The notes beneath the pieces were generated by a model, which did no database searches, had not been told where the DNA came from, and worked only from the letters and a program-made list of their open reading frames with translations. A program made the translations under genes and the position numbers. A DNA stretch of 48,548 nucleotides from Myxococcales bacterium (lineage in GTDB: Bacteria > Myxococcota_A > Polyangia > Polyangiales > Polyangiaceae): assembly GCA_043764595.1 (NCBI GenBank), contig JAYUKI010000687.1:1-48548 (forward strand). The letters run 5' to 3'. This document shows, piece by piece, positions 36,454-44,626 of this stretch. The number at the start of each line of letters is the position of its first letter. Positions within the stretch are counted from its first letter, which is position 1.

Positions 36454-36571
36454 TGGCCACTCCGTTCGTAAGCGGAAGTAGCGAATTCCGGGTCGGGTGG
36501 AGCCCACCCGCTCGGCCAGCGCATCGTGAACCGCTTGTTGATTCCGTATCAAGGGCGCTAGAGTCGGCGCC

Positions 36572-37558
36572 ATGAGCCTCGGTCGCAGTCTTTGGGCTGC
36601 CAGCACGGTCGGGTACAACGTCGCGTACAACACTCTTGCCCGAAATGCTCCCCGTGCGGCGCAAGCCCTCCAGCGCCTCACTGGGGATACGGGGCGCGGA
36701 AAACGTTGCGTCGCGGAAGCTGCTGGTGAGTATTTCGTCGCGGTCGCGGCCGACTTTCAAGCCATTGCCGAGCACGCCGGTGTCGTCCCACAAGGCGAGG
36801 ATCTCTATCGCGGTCGTACGGTGCTCGAGCTCGGCCCAGGCGATACGCTCTCCGTGCCCATTCTCGCGCAGCTCCGGGGGGCCAGGAAGACCGAAGCCTT
36901 CGATGCCTTCGACATCCAGTCGCGTGATCGGGCTTACCTCGACGCGATCTATCGGCCCATGCTCGGGCTCGCGGGCTACGAAAATCGTCGCGCCGAAGGG
37001 CTCTCTCTCCATGACGCATGTACGATGCATACGTCATTGGAGGGCCTCGAGCGCGGGGGTCGGCGCTTCGACCTCGTGCTCTCGCGTGCGGTCCTCGAGC
37101 ACGTTCGCGACCTCGATGGGCTCTTTGCTTCGCTCTCCCACGTGGTCAAATCCGACGCCGTGATGATTCACGAGATCGATTTGCGCAGCCATGGAATCGA
37201 GCGAACCCACCCGCTCGACTTTTTGTCGTTTTCGGAGTCGATATGGCACAGGATGAGCTCCCACATCGATTTGCCGAATCGGGTGCGCGCGGGAGAGGTC
37301 TTGCGCGTCGCCAGCCGCCATGGCGCTCGAGTGGTCTACGCAGGTGTCTCCCATCGCATCGAGCCAAACCGCGTAGCAGAGGCTCGTCCCCGCTTCGCTC
37401 CTCGCTTTCGCGAATTGGGCGACGAAGAGCTTTCCATTCTCGGCATGTGGTTCGTGCAAGTCGGGCCGAGCCATCCGGCAGCCCGTGACGCGAATGAGGT
37501 CGAGCCGCACGCACTCCCTCGCGCTCCCCGCGAGAAGCTCTCCCGCTACGCGCAATAG
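36572..37558 (+). CDS. Class I SAM-dependent methyltransferase-like protein.
   Basis: RTVLELGPGDTL (motif I variant) and FDLVLSRAVLEHVRDLDGLF (motif II/III region). Confidence 0.65.
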   Translation: MSLGRSLWAASTVGYNVAYNTLARNAPRAAQALQRLTGDTGRGKRCVAEAAGEYFVAVAADFQAIAEHAGVVPQGEDLYRGRTVLELGPGDTLSVPILAQLRGARKTEAFDAFDIQSRDRAYLDAIYRPMLGLAGYENRRAEGLSLHDACTMHTSLEGLERGGRRFDLVLSRAVLEHVRDLDGLFASLSHVVKSDAVMIHEIDLRSHGIERTHPLDFLSFSESIWHRMSSHIDLPNRVRAGEVLRVASRHGARVVYAGVSHRIEPNRVAEARPRFAPRFRELGDEELSILGMWFVQVGPSHPAARDANEVEPHALPRAPREKLSRYAQ

Positions 37559-37588
37559 CGACCGCAGCGTTCTCTTCAGCTGCGGTCG
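37559..37588. terminator. Perfect 10-bp-stem hairpin between convergent genes. Candidate bidirectional terminator.
   Basis: CGACCGCAGC (37559-37568), a 10-nt loop, then GCTGCGGTCG (37579-37588). It starts 1 nt after the methyltransferase TAG. A second small hairpin AGCGT-TCG-ACGCT follows at 37589-37601. There is no clear U-tract. Confidence 0.4.
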
Positions 37589-37625
37589 AGCGTTCGACGC
37601 TGGGGCTCTCCTGGCTTCTTTCGTC

Positions 37626-38516
37626 CTATTTCGTGGCGCGCTTGGTCGCGAGCGCACGTTGGGCTTGTCCGAGCGCTTCTTCCCCGTGCACGCCGCGTAG
37701 AAGGTCGAGGTCTTTGGCGGTCGAGAGCAGAAGCTCGATGTTCTTCGCGCTCAGGCTGTCGAACACCTGGGCTCCGTTCTCGTCGGCCACGAGCTCCTTG
37801 TAGAGGCGCGAGAGTGCCTCGAAGTCTTTGATGAAGCACGCCCCACCGGCACCACGGCCCGACTTGTGGAGCGGGTTCAAGTAGGTCGGTCCGCAGTCGG
37901 GATCGGCCGCCATCGCCTGCCGAATGACGTCCCAGTCGGCGCCCACCTTGCTGGCGAGATCGTAGAACAAGTTGATGAAGACGACGCGCACGAACCCGAG
38001 GGCGTTCCGGCCGTACTTGACGAGCTCCGCTTCGCGGGAGCCGCAAATCAACGTGTAGGGGGCGTGGGGCAAGACGGCCATTACGCGCTCGGCTCGGGCC
38101 CGGTTCTCGGGGTTGTCGATGGCGAGGCCGACGATGTTGCGCGTCGGGTTCTCGGCGTCGTGTTGGGCCGTGGCGACCGAGAGAAACTCGGGCGAGTGCA
38201 TCACCGTGACCTTGGGAAACTTGGCTTGGATGGCCTCGGTGGTTCCGGGAAGGAGCGTCGACTTGATGACCGCAGTGTTGCCGTCACCGACGAGGGCCAC
38301 ACACGACTCGACGATGCTCGCGTCGAACCCCTCGGGGGTCGTCGGCGTGGGCACGGCGATGAAGACGATGTCGCAACCGCGAAGCTGCGGGGCGTTGTCT
38401 TGGTACGGCGCTTCCTTGGCGTAGCGCACGACCGAGTAGCCTCGGCGCTCGAAGTCGTCCGAGTAGGTCTTGCCAATCCAGCCCTGTCCGATGAACCCAA
38501 TTCGTACGTCGCTCAT
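37626..38516 (-). CDS. UDP-glucose/GDP-mannose dehydrogenase-family protein lacking the C-terminal UDP-binding domain (296 aa).
   Basis: IGFIGQGWIG (Rossmann fold), VFIAVPTP, KSTLLPGTT, SPEFLSVATAQHD, AELVKYGRNA, and GGACFIKD (catalytic Cys context, compare GGSCFPKD). The protein ends about 70 aa after the Cys. Confidence 0.72.
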   Translation of the reverse strand: MSDVRIGFIGQGWIGKTYSDDFERRGYSVVRYAKEAPYQDNAPQLRGCDIVFIAVPTPTTPEGFDASIVESCVALVGDGNTAVIKSTLLPGTTEAIQAKFPKVTVMHSPEFLSVATAQHDAENPTRNIVGLAIDNPENRARAERVMAVLPHAPYTLICGSREAELVKYGRNALGFVRVVFINLFYDLASKVGADWDVIRQAMAADPDCGPTYLNPLHKSGRGAGGACFIKDFEALSRLYKELVADENGAQVFDSLSAKNIELLLSTAKDLDLLRGVHGEEALGQAQRALATKRATK

Positions 38517-38667
38517 GCTCGCTCCTTGATTGCCAATCGGGCCCGGAAGGGGTCGACGAGCCTCCCTCAAGGATATAGACGGGTTGGCGACGGAGGAGCA
38601 CTCCAAAAGTGAGGCCGCTTTTTCGCTGGTCCCGCGCCTCGTTCGGCGAGCGACACCATTCGCTTTT

Positions 38668-39639
38668 TTACGCGTCGCGAGGTCGGCCCAAGAGAAATCG
38701 TCGCCCGACGGCCATGCGGTCCAGCATCGTCTGCATCGTGGCCTCGACCTCGGCGTAGCAGCGATCGAGCACGGCCGGATCGTCCGCGGCCTCTGGCCCG
38801 AGCTCGGGCCACGAGATGGGAGGTCCGAACTCCTGCGTGACTTGGGTGGGCAGCGGGAGATAGGGCAGAAAGCCGGAGGTGAGCCCCCAAGGGAACGAGA
38901 GCACGATGGGGAACACGTCCGCGCGTGCCCAGGCGTGCATGTGGAAGACCTTGGCAAGCCAATCCCCCCGCGTGAGCACGATGAGCTGTTCGTGGGTGCC
39001 GAGCGTGACCACTGGAACGATGGGCACTCGAGCGCGAAGGGCGAGCTTCAGGAAGCCCTTTCGCCCGGCAAGTACGACCTTGTGCCGATCGCGAAACGGT
39101 CGAAAAACGTCCTGGTCGGAGCCCGGATAAACGAGGACGCAGTGCCCGGCCTCGAGGGCTTTGCGTGCGCTGTCGGGGCTCGCCCGAAGCATGCCGAGGC
39201 GGCCGGCGTACGCGTTGAGGACTGGGTCCTCGAAGATGAAGTCGTGGACGAGCGCGAACATGGCGCGGCCCGCGCCGTACCGATTTCGGATGGCGAGTGC
39301 CGTGAAAAAGCCTTCGGTAGGGACGAGAGCGCCGGAGTGGTTGCCCACGAGAAGCACGGGGCCCGTGCGCGGTACGTGGTCGACTCCCTCGGTGCGGAGG
39401 CGGAAGTAGCTTTTCGCGAGGATGCCAAGTCCGTCCGTGACGAGGTCGACGAGCCCAGGATCCCGCGCGCTCACGTCGTCGGACACGAGCTCGTGATCGC
39501 GGTGCGTGACGCGCCTTGCAGCAAAGCCGATGAACCGAAGGGCGAGGCGCACCGGGTTCAAGAGGACCTTGCGATGCTCCTTCGGGACCGCGGCGCGTGC
39601 GCGTCTCAACCAAGCGATCGATTCGGCGAGCGGAATCAT
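38668..39639 (-). CDS. Divergent PlsC-superfamily (lysophospholipid acyltransferase-like) protein.
   Basis: GPVLLVGNHSGALVPTEG (motif I variant without the Asp), VLVYPGSDQD (motif III variant), VPIVPVVTLG (motif IV). The ATG overlaps the upstream stop as ATGA (39636-39639). Confidence 0.55.
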   Translation of the reverse strand: MIPLAESIAWLRRARAAVPKEHRKVLLNPVRLALRFIGFAARRVTHRDHELVSDDVSARDPGLVDLVTDGLGILAKSYFRLRTEGVDHVPRTGPVLLVGNHSGALVPTEGFFTALAIRNRYGAGRAMFALVHDFIFEDPVLNAYAGRLGMLRASPDSARKALEAGHCVLVYPGSDQDVFRPFRDRHKVVLAGRKGFLKLALRARVPIVPVVTLGTHEQLIVLTRGDWLAKVFHMHAWARADVFPIVLSFPWGLTSGFLPYLPLPTQVTQEFGPPISWPELGPEAADDPAVLDRCYAEVEATMQTMLDRMAVGRRFLLGRPRDA

Positions 39640-40316
39640 GGTTCGGTCCTCTCGATGGCGTCGGAATCCAGTCCGAAACGCTGGGTGAACACCGTGGCGA
39701 AGCTGAAGGCCGCTACTTGCCAGAACCACACGCTGGTAAGGGCGAATCCCACTCCGCCCAGCAAGAGTCCGAAAAAGGAGAGCAACATGGCGGGAACCAC
39801 GATGCCCCAGGCCTTCCAATAGGCAAGCCCGCCTTGGCGGACGCGCCCAAGTGCGCGGAATGGATCGAAGATTTCGCGAGGATCGAGGCGTTTGCAGTAG
39901 TGCGACATGTATCCAGGAATCGCAACGATGGCGACGCCCAGAAGGAACGCTCCGACGGCGACGAGTGGCACGCTTCCGAGCCGCAAACCCATCCCGACGA
40001 GGCCCACTCCGGGCCAGCCGTAAAACGCCATTCCGAGGAAGGTCATCGTGCCGTGTTTCAGGAGGTCAAGAGGATCGCCCCAGGCCGGCCATGGAGTCTC
40101 TCCGCGGTGCATACGATGCACCACTCGGATGCGGTGTCCCATGTTCATGAGCCACCCAATCCCAGGAACCATGAGCCACAAGGCTCCCAAGAGAATGTCG
40201 CGCCGAGACGCCGCAGACTGTAGGGGAAAGCGAAACGAATTCGACAAATTCAGGCGACTTCGGAGGTCGATGTGCGAGCCCCGTTTCGATGTGGCGAAAA
40301 ATTCGGAATACGCCAT
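39636..40316 (-). CDS. DUF4013-like membrane protein.
   Basis: FRFPLQSA...ILLGALWLMVPGIGWLMNMGHRIRVV...GETPWPAWGD...LKHG plus 4-5 TM helices. This resembles my recollection of the DUF4013 pattern. Confidence 0.5.
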   Translation of the reverse strand: MAYSEFFATSKRGSHIDLRSRLNLSNSFRFPLQSAASRRDILLGALWLMVPGIGWLMNMGHRIRVVHRMHRGETPWPAWGDPLDLLKHGTMTFLGMAFYGWPGVGLVGMGLRLGSVPLVAVGAFLLGVAIVAIPGYMSHYCKRLDPREIFDPFRALGRVRQGGLAYWKAWGIVVPAMLLSFFGLLLGGVGFALTSVWFWQVAAFSFATVFTQRFGLDSDAIERTEP

Positions 40317-40537
40317 GATCCAAAGCTACTCGACGAGAACGATGAGCGGCGGGATTCGAGTCGTCGGCCAGCCGCCTGTTGAAAAACGGACCGAGTACGT
40401 GCGTCGTCCGCGCCGCAAGCACGAGGCGCGCCTCTGTTGCGCAGCCTAGTTTTCGAGGTGAGCAGGCACCGGAGGATCGCAACGAAGCGCTTGTGGATGC
40501 GGCGGCGCTCGGACGACGGGAGTTTTTCAACGGGCGG

Positions 40538-40666
40538 CTAGAGCGCCGAACCGCTTGATGACCGAGGATTTTCGCCGAGTTGCGAGCCGTGCGAGGCGCG
40601 ACCTACTGCTGCTAGGCGACGTAAATCGGCGAAAAGCCGACCGAATCAAGCGGTTCGGCGCTCTAG
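40538..40666. mobile_element. MITE-like palindromic repeat element, copy A (129 bp), with 22-bp perfect terminal inverted repeats.
   Basis: 40538-40559 CTAGAGCGCCGAACCGCTTGAT is the exact reverse complement of 40645-40666. The element is near-identical to the reverse complement of 46911-47070. Confidence 0.8.
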
Positions 40667-41481
40667 GGGCAAGCCTTCGCCGAGAAGTCCGTGATGGCAA
40701 ACCCTTGAGGATTCTCCATCGTACACGCGGCCCCGAAAGCAAGGGAGGTGATGGTCCGGTGAATGGACGTTCGTGAGCCCGAAACACCATCGAGCGTCAG
40801 CACGCCCTGCACGAACGAAAATTGCACTTCGAGAGAGAAGGGCGCGGGAGTGAGGGCCTTCCAGGAGGTCGTGGGGCGCGTGTCGCCGAAGTCACCGCCA
40901 GCGATGTAGTCCTTCTGGTTTGCGCTCATTGAGGCCTTCATCGACTCGAAAAAGACCCCGACGCCCGGACCCGTCGGTATCCCGAGGAGGGCGCGCGTGC
41001 CTGGGCCAGGAGCACTCGGGTAGAGGGCCATGGCGGCCCCATCGCCGTGGCCGCTCACCGAGATTTGTCCGACCACAAGTTTGTAGGAGCCCGTCACGCG
41101 CGTCGAAGCGGGAAATGTGAAGACCGCAGTCCCCGATTGGTTGAAGGTCAGCTCGCTCGCCGGCAGAAGCGTGAGCCGAGACGTCGTGAGCGATGCGAGG
41201 CCCGAGACCGACGGAGTCCTTCCATTTCCCGGCTCGAAGGAAAGGGGCGTGCAGGGAGTCGCCGCGTCGCCCGGCGGCGCAGAGTCGGGCGTTGCGTCGA
41301 GCACGAGAGCTGCGTCGTTCGGGACGGCGGAATCCACGGCTGTGGGACCGGACGCGTAGGTCTCTGGGACCGTGCCTCCGTCGCTCGCGAGGTCTGGGGC
41401 GAACGCGCCGCTGCACGCGGCCGAGAACAACGCGGGGAGGCCGAGAACCAAACTCCCGAGGCATAACGAGCGACGAAGCAT
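40663..41481 (-). CDS. Lipoprotein, hypothetical (beta-rich, possibly lectin/jelly-roll-like).
   Basis: MLRRSLCLGSLVLGLPALFSAAC|SG carries the lipobox. The TAG stop (40665-40663) lies inside the terminal CTAG of repeat copy A. Confidence 0.6.
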   Translation of the reverse strand: MLRRSLCLGSLVLGLPALFSAACSGAFAPDLASDGGTVPETYASGPTAVDSAVPNDAALVLDATPDSAPPGDAATPCTPLSFEPGNGRTPSVSGLASLTTSRLTLLPASELTFNQSGTAVFTFPASTRVTGSYKLVVGQISVSGHGDGAAMALYPSAPGPGTRALLGIPTGPGVGVFFESMKASMSANQKDYIAGGDFGDTRPTTSWKALTPAPFSLEVQFSFVQGVLTLDGVSGSRTSIHRTITSLAFGAACTMENPQGFAITDFSAKACP

Positions 41482-41590
41482 CGGGTGTCATTCTACTCCG
41501 CGCTCGACGGCAAAACTGTCGAGCTTCGCGCCTTTCGTGCCGACGGCTGTTCGGAGTGTGCGAATGTGCGTCTCGGAGGCCCGAGCCCAG

Positions 41591-42049
41591 ATGGAAGTCC
41601 CCGAAGTTACTCCGTTTACCGCGGCCCAAATTCGCGATGCGACCAAGGCTGGACGAACGTACGTGTACCGAATCGAGCTCCCCGGAAGCCCGATCGTCCT
41701 CCGCACCATGTGCTTCGGAAAGGTCGACGCCGACGGGGCGGAGCTTACGATCTCGATGAAACGCGAGACCGGTGAGCCGGTGGGCGATCCCGAAACGAAG
41801 CGCGTCACGTGGGAAGACCTACGCAAACACGCCGAGTTCCCGAAGACCTCGGTGACGATTTCGGAGAGCGAGCTCGAGGTGCTCTCCGGCACACGGACGT
41901 GCACGGTCTACACGGTGTGCGAAGGCAAGTCGGTCACCTGCTTCTTCTTCGCGAAGGACCTTCCAGGTGCGCCGGTGCTGTTTCACACCGAGGAGGACGG
42001 AGCCCGCGTGGTTACGAGCTTGCTCGTGTCGCACGACAAAGGAACATGA
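41591..42049 (+). CDS. Small cytoplasmic protein, hypothetical (152 aa).
   Basis: Coding-like composition from ATG 41591 (MEVPEVTPFTAAQIRDATKAGRTYVYRIEL...). Upstream of that the ORF is Arg/Ser-rich and implausible. Confidence 0.5.
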   Translation: MEVPEVTPFTAAQIRDATKAGRTYVYRIELPGSPIVLRTMCFGKVDADGAELTISMKRETGEPVGDPETKRVTWEDLRKHAEFPKTSVTISESELEVLSGTRTCTVYTVCEGKSVTCFFFAKDLPGAPVLFHTEEDGARVVTSLLVSHDKGT

Positions 42050-42379
42050 CGCGGCTCACGAGTACGAAAGACTCGGGGTCCGTAGCCTCGGTAACCACGT
42101 CCGCAGGTTCGAGCCTCGGACCGTAGTGGTCCGGATGGAAATCGGCGGTCGACTGCGCCGGACCAACGGCACCTTTCGATCTCGCGGAACCAAGATATTT
42201 GGCTTTCGTAGTAGGCGACCTCAGGAAGGATTCAACACGCCGCTCCAAAAGCGCCGGATGATTCGCGGTCGTGCTTCTCGAGCCGGGAGGTCCGCGCGAG
42301 CCGTTGCGTGAAGTGGCAAGTAGAGAAACGCCATTCCCTCGTTGCACTCGGAGCTCTCTAAGGACCACGGGCCTATGCG

Positions 42380-43729
42380 TCAGTGCTCGACGCGGCTTTC
42401 GCCCTGGCTTGGCTGTTCGGTGTCCTCGCGCTCTTCTTCGAGGTCGAAGAGCGTTCGTGCCGCCCGCACGAGGTCGCCTGCGTCGGTGGACTTCAGGCGA
42501 GACGTTGGCCCATGGAGGAGCTTGTTTACGGCGGCATCCATCATCTGGGTGAGCGCGGCGCGTTCGTCCGGTCCGAGGTGTCTCAGCTTGCCCGAGAGGC
42601 TTCGCTCGAGCTCGGCGTGAAGCACCGCGCGGGTCTTCGCGCGCATACCGACGATCGTCGGCTGGACATCCAGGCCACGAACCCAGGATTTCCACTCTTC
42701 GAGCTCGGCCGAGACGATGGCTTCGGCGGCGTGGGCCTCGTTTTTTCGGGCGCGGAGGCCCTCGGCGACGGTCTGTTCGAGATCGTCGACGTTGTAGACG
42801 AAGCAGTTGTCGACGTCCTCGTGGGCGGCAGGATCCACGTTGCGCGGGACCGAGATGTCGACGATGAAGAGCGTGCGCCCGCGCCTCCGTTTCATTACGC
42901 GTTTCACGAGGTCTTTGCCGATGACGTACGACCGGCTCGCGGTGCTGACCACCACGATGTCCGAGAGCACCATCTCTTCTTCGAGCTGATCGAGTGGTGC
43001 GGCCGTTCCCCCGAAGGTCTGCGCGAGGAGCGCGGCGCGCTCGAAGCTGCGGTTGCAGACGCGGATCGAGCGAGCCCCCTTGCCGAGGCTCTTTGCGGCC
43101 GCTTCGGCCATTTCTCCGGCGCCGACGAGCAGGACGGTGTGGCCCGAGAGGTCCCCGAAGATGTTCCGTGCGAGGTCCACGGCGACGCTGCTGATGCTCA
43201 CGGTGCCTGCGCCCAAGGCGGTTTCGGTGCGAACCCGTTTGGCCACGGAGAACGCTCGGGTCACGCAGCGACCCAGGAGATTTCCGAGGGCGCCGGACGC
43301 GCTCGCAAGGTCGTAGGCTTCCTTGACCTGGCCGAGAATTTGCGGCTCGCCGAGCACCATGCTGTCGAGGCTCGCGGTCACTCGGAAGATGTGGCGAACC
43401 GCCTCTTCGCCTTCGCGTTCGTAGAGGTACGCGCCGAGCTCCTCGTGGCTCGAGACGGCGGCGTGCTCGCGCAAGACCTCGCGAACGGCGCGCAAGGCCT
43501 CTTCGTGGTGTGGCCCGGACGAACGTGCGAAGACCTCGACGCGATTGCACGTCGATAGAAACAGCGTCTCGGCGATTTCGGTCCTGGCCGAGAGCCGCGC
43601 CAAAAGTGCCGGGAGCGCCCCCTCCGAGACGGCGAATCGCTCGCGCACCTCGACGGGGGCCGTCTTGTGCGAGAGTCCGACGACCACGATCCCTTCGCCG
43701 GGGACAGGAGGCTTTTTGGGGGCCGTCAC
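42380..43729 (-). CDS. hemA: Glutamyl-tRNA reductase.
   Basis: GLSHKTAPVEVRE, LSTCNRVE (catalytic Cys), SLDSMVLGEPQILGQVK, LLVGAGEMAE (NADPH site), and a C-terminal dimerisation helix. The GTG start overlaps the upstream stop as GTGA (43726-43729). Confidence 0.93.
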   Translation of the reverse strand: MTAPKKPPVPGEGIVVVGLSHKTAPVEVRERFAVSEGALPALLARLSARTEIAETLFLSTCNRVEVFARSSGPHHEEALRAVREVLREHAAVSSHEELGAYLYEREGEEAVRHIFRVTASLDSMVLGEPQILGQVKEAYDLASASGALGNLLGRCVTRAFSVAKRVRTETALGAGTVSISSVAVDLARNIFGDLSGHTVLLVGAGEMAEAAAKSLGKGARSIRVCNRSFERAALLAQTFGGTAAPLDQLEEEMVLSDIVVVSTASRSYVIGKDLVKRVMKRRRGRTLFIVDISVPRNVDPAAHEDVDNCFVYNVDDLEQTVAEGLRARKNEAHAAEAIVSAELEEWKSWVRGLDVQPTIVGMRAKTRAVLHAELERSLSGKLRHLGPDERAALTQMMDAAVNKLLHGPTSRLKSTDAGDLVRAARTLFDLEEEREDTEQPSQGESRVEH

Positions 43730-44622
43730 GAAGCGCCCTTCTTCACGGGCGACGACCACGAACGCGATGCCGAGCCGACCTCCGCGTGGGGGCGGGGGTC
43801 TTTCGGGGATGGCTCCCTGAATGTGTAGAGTGCAAGTACAAGGACGGCGAACCCGAAGCCGGCGATGGTTCCGTAGGCCGCGCGCCTGCCGCGCCAACCC
43901 GCCGATGCGCGCAGGAAAAGCACCCCGGCAGCAAAGAGCCAGGTGGCGTAGCCGAAGCCGGTGCGCACCAAGTCGGCGATGGTCACGGCGTCCACGCGCC
44001 TCACGAAGAGCGTGCCGGTGACGATGCCGAGCGTCAGCAAAGGAAAGCCCGCCAGGAGAAAGCGGTGCTCGGCGCGGTCGAGGGCGTCGAGCGGAGGGAG
44101 CCTCTTGAAGAGCCCGCCGGTTTTTTTCTGTTTCAAGAGGCGTTCTTGGACGAGAAAAAGCGAGGCCGCGGCAAAAGCGAGGCTGAAGAGGGCGATGCCG
44201 AGCACGTTCATCGTGACATGCACCGGAAGCATCGCAGACCGAAAGCGCGGCGTGGGATCGAGCGGCCCAGAGCCCGTAAAACGTAGGGCCAAGTGCGCCG
44301 TGAGCGCGAGCGGGGCCACGAAGGCTCCGAGCACGTCGAGCTTCCACTTCTTGCGAAAGAGGGCATAGCCGCCGGCCATCAGCATGGTGGCGACGCTCAT
44401 CGGAAAGTGCACGCCAGCGACCGGGCACACGTGCCAAACGAACGAAGCGGCGATGATGTGGCTCGCGTGGAACATCGCGCCGACGCCCACGAGTCGGGCT
44501 GCGAAGACGCCTTGTTTTTCGTCCGGCGTTTTTGCCAAGAGGTGCCGAACGAAGAGCACCGTGGCCACGAGGTAGTCGAGGGCCGCCGCCACGAAGAGCA
44601 CGTCCGCAATGCGCGTGCTCAC
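43726..44622 (-). CDS. Cytochrome c assembly (CcsA/HemX-like) family membrane protein.
   Basis: 8-TM protein. Its position directly upstream of, and overlapping, hemA matches the CcsA-like proteins commonly linked to hemA. GTG start. Confidence 0.7.
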   Translation of the reverse strand: MSTRIADVLFVAAALDYLVATVLFVRHLLAKTPDEKQGVFAARLVGVGAMFHASHIIAASFVWHVCPVAGVHFPMSVATMLMAGGYALFRKKWKLDVLGAFVAPLALTAHLALRFTGSGPLDPTPRFRSAMLPVHVTMNVLGIALFSLAFAAASLFLVQERLLKQKKTGGLFKRLPPLDALDRAEHRFLLAGFPLLTLGIVTGTLFVRRVDAVTIADLVRTGFGYATWLFAAGVLFLRASAGWRGRRAAYGTIAGFGFAVLVLALYTFREPSPKDPRPHAEVGSASRSWSSPVKKGAS

Positions 44623-44626
44623 GAGC

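Noticed and set aside
42100-42120. GGTTCGAGCC (42106-42115), resembling a tRNA T-arm, in the 330-nt gap after gene 41591..42049.
   Set aside because: I could not build a cloverleaf. There is no acceptor or anticodon stem, and the local hairpin TCCGCAGG-TTCGAG-CCTCGGA has the wrong stem and loop geometry for a T-arm. It is probably just a stem-loop.
42012-43558. ORFs 42012..43550 (-, 512 aa) and 42383..43558 (+, 391 aa).
   Set aside because: They are shadows of hemA, and their composition is implausible.
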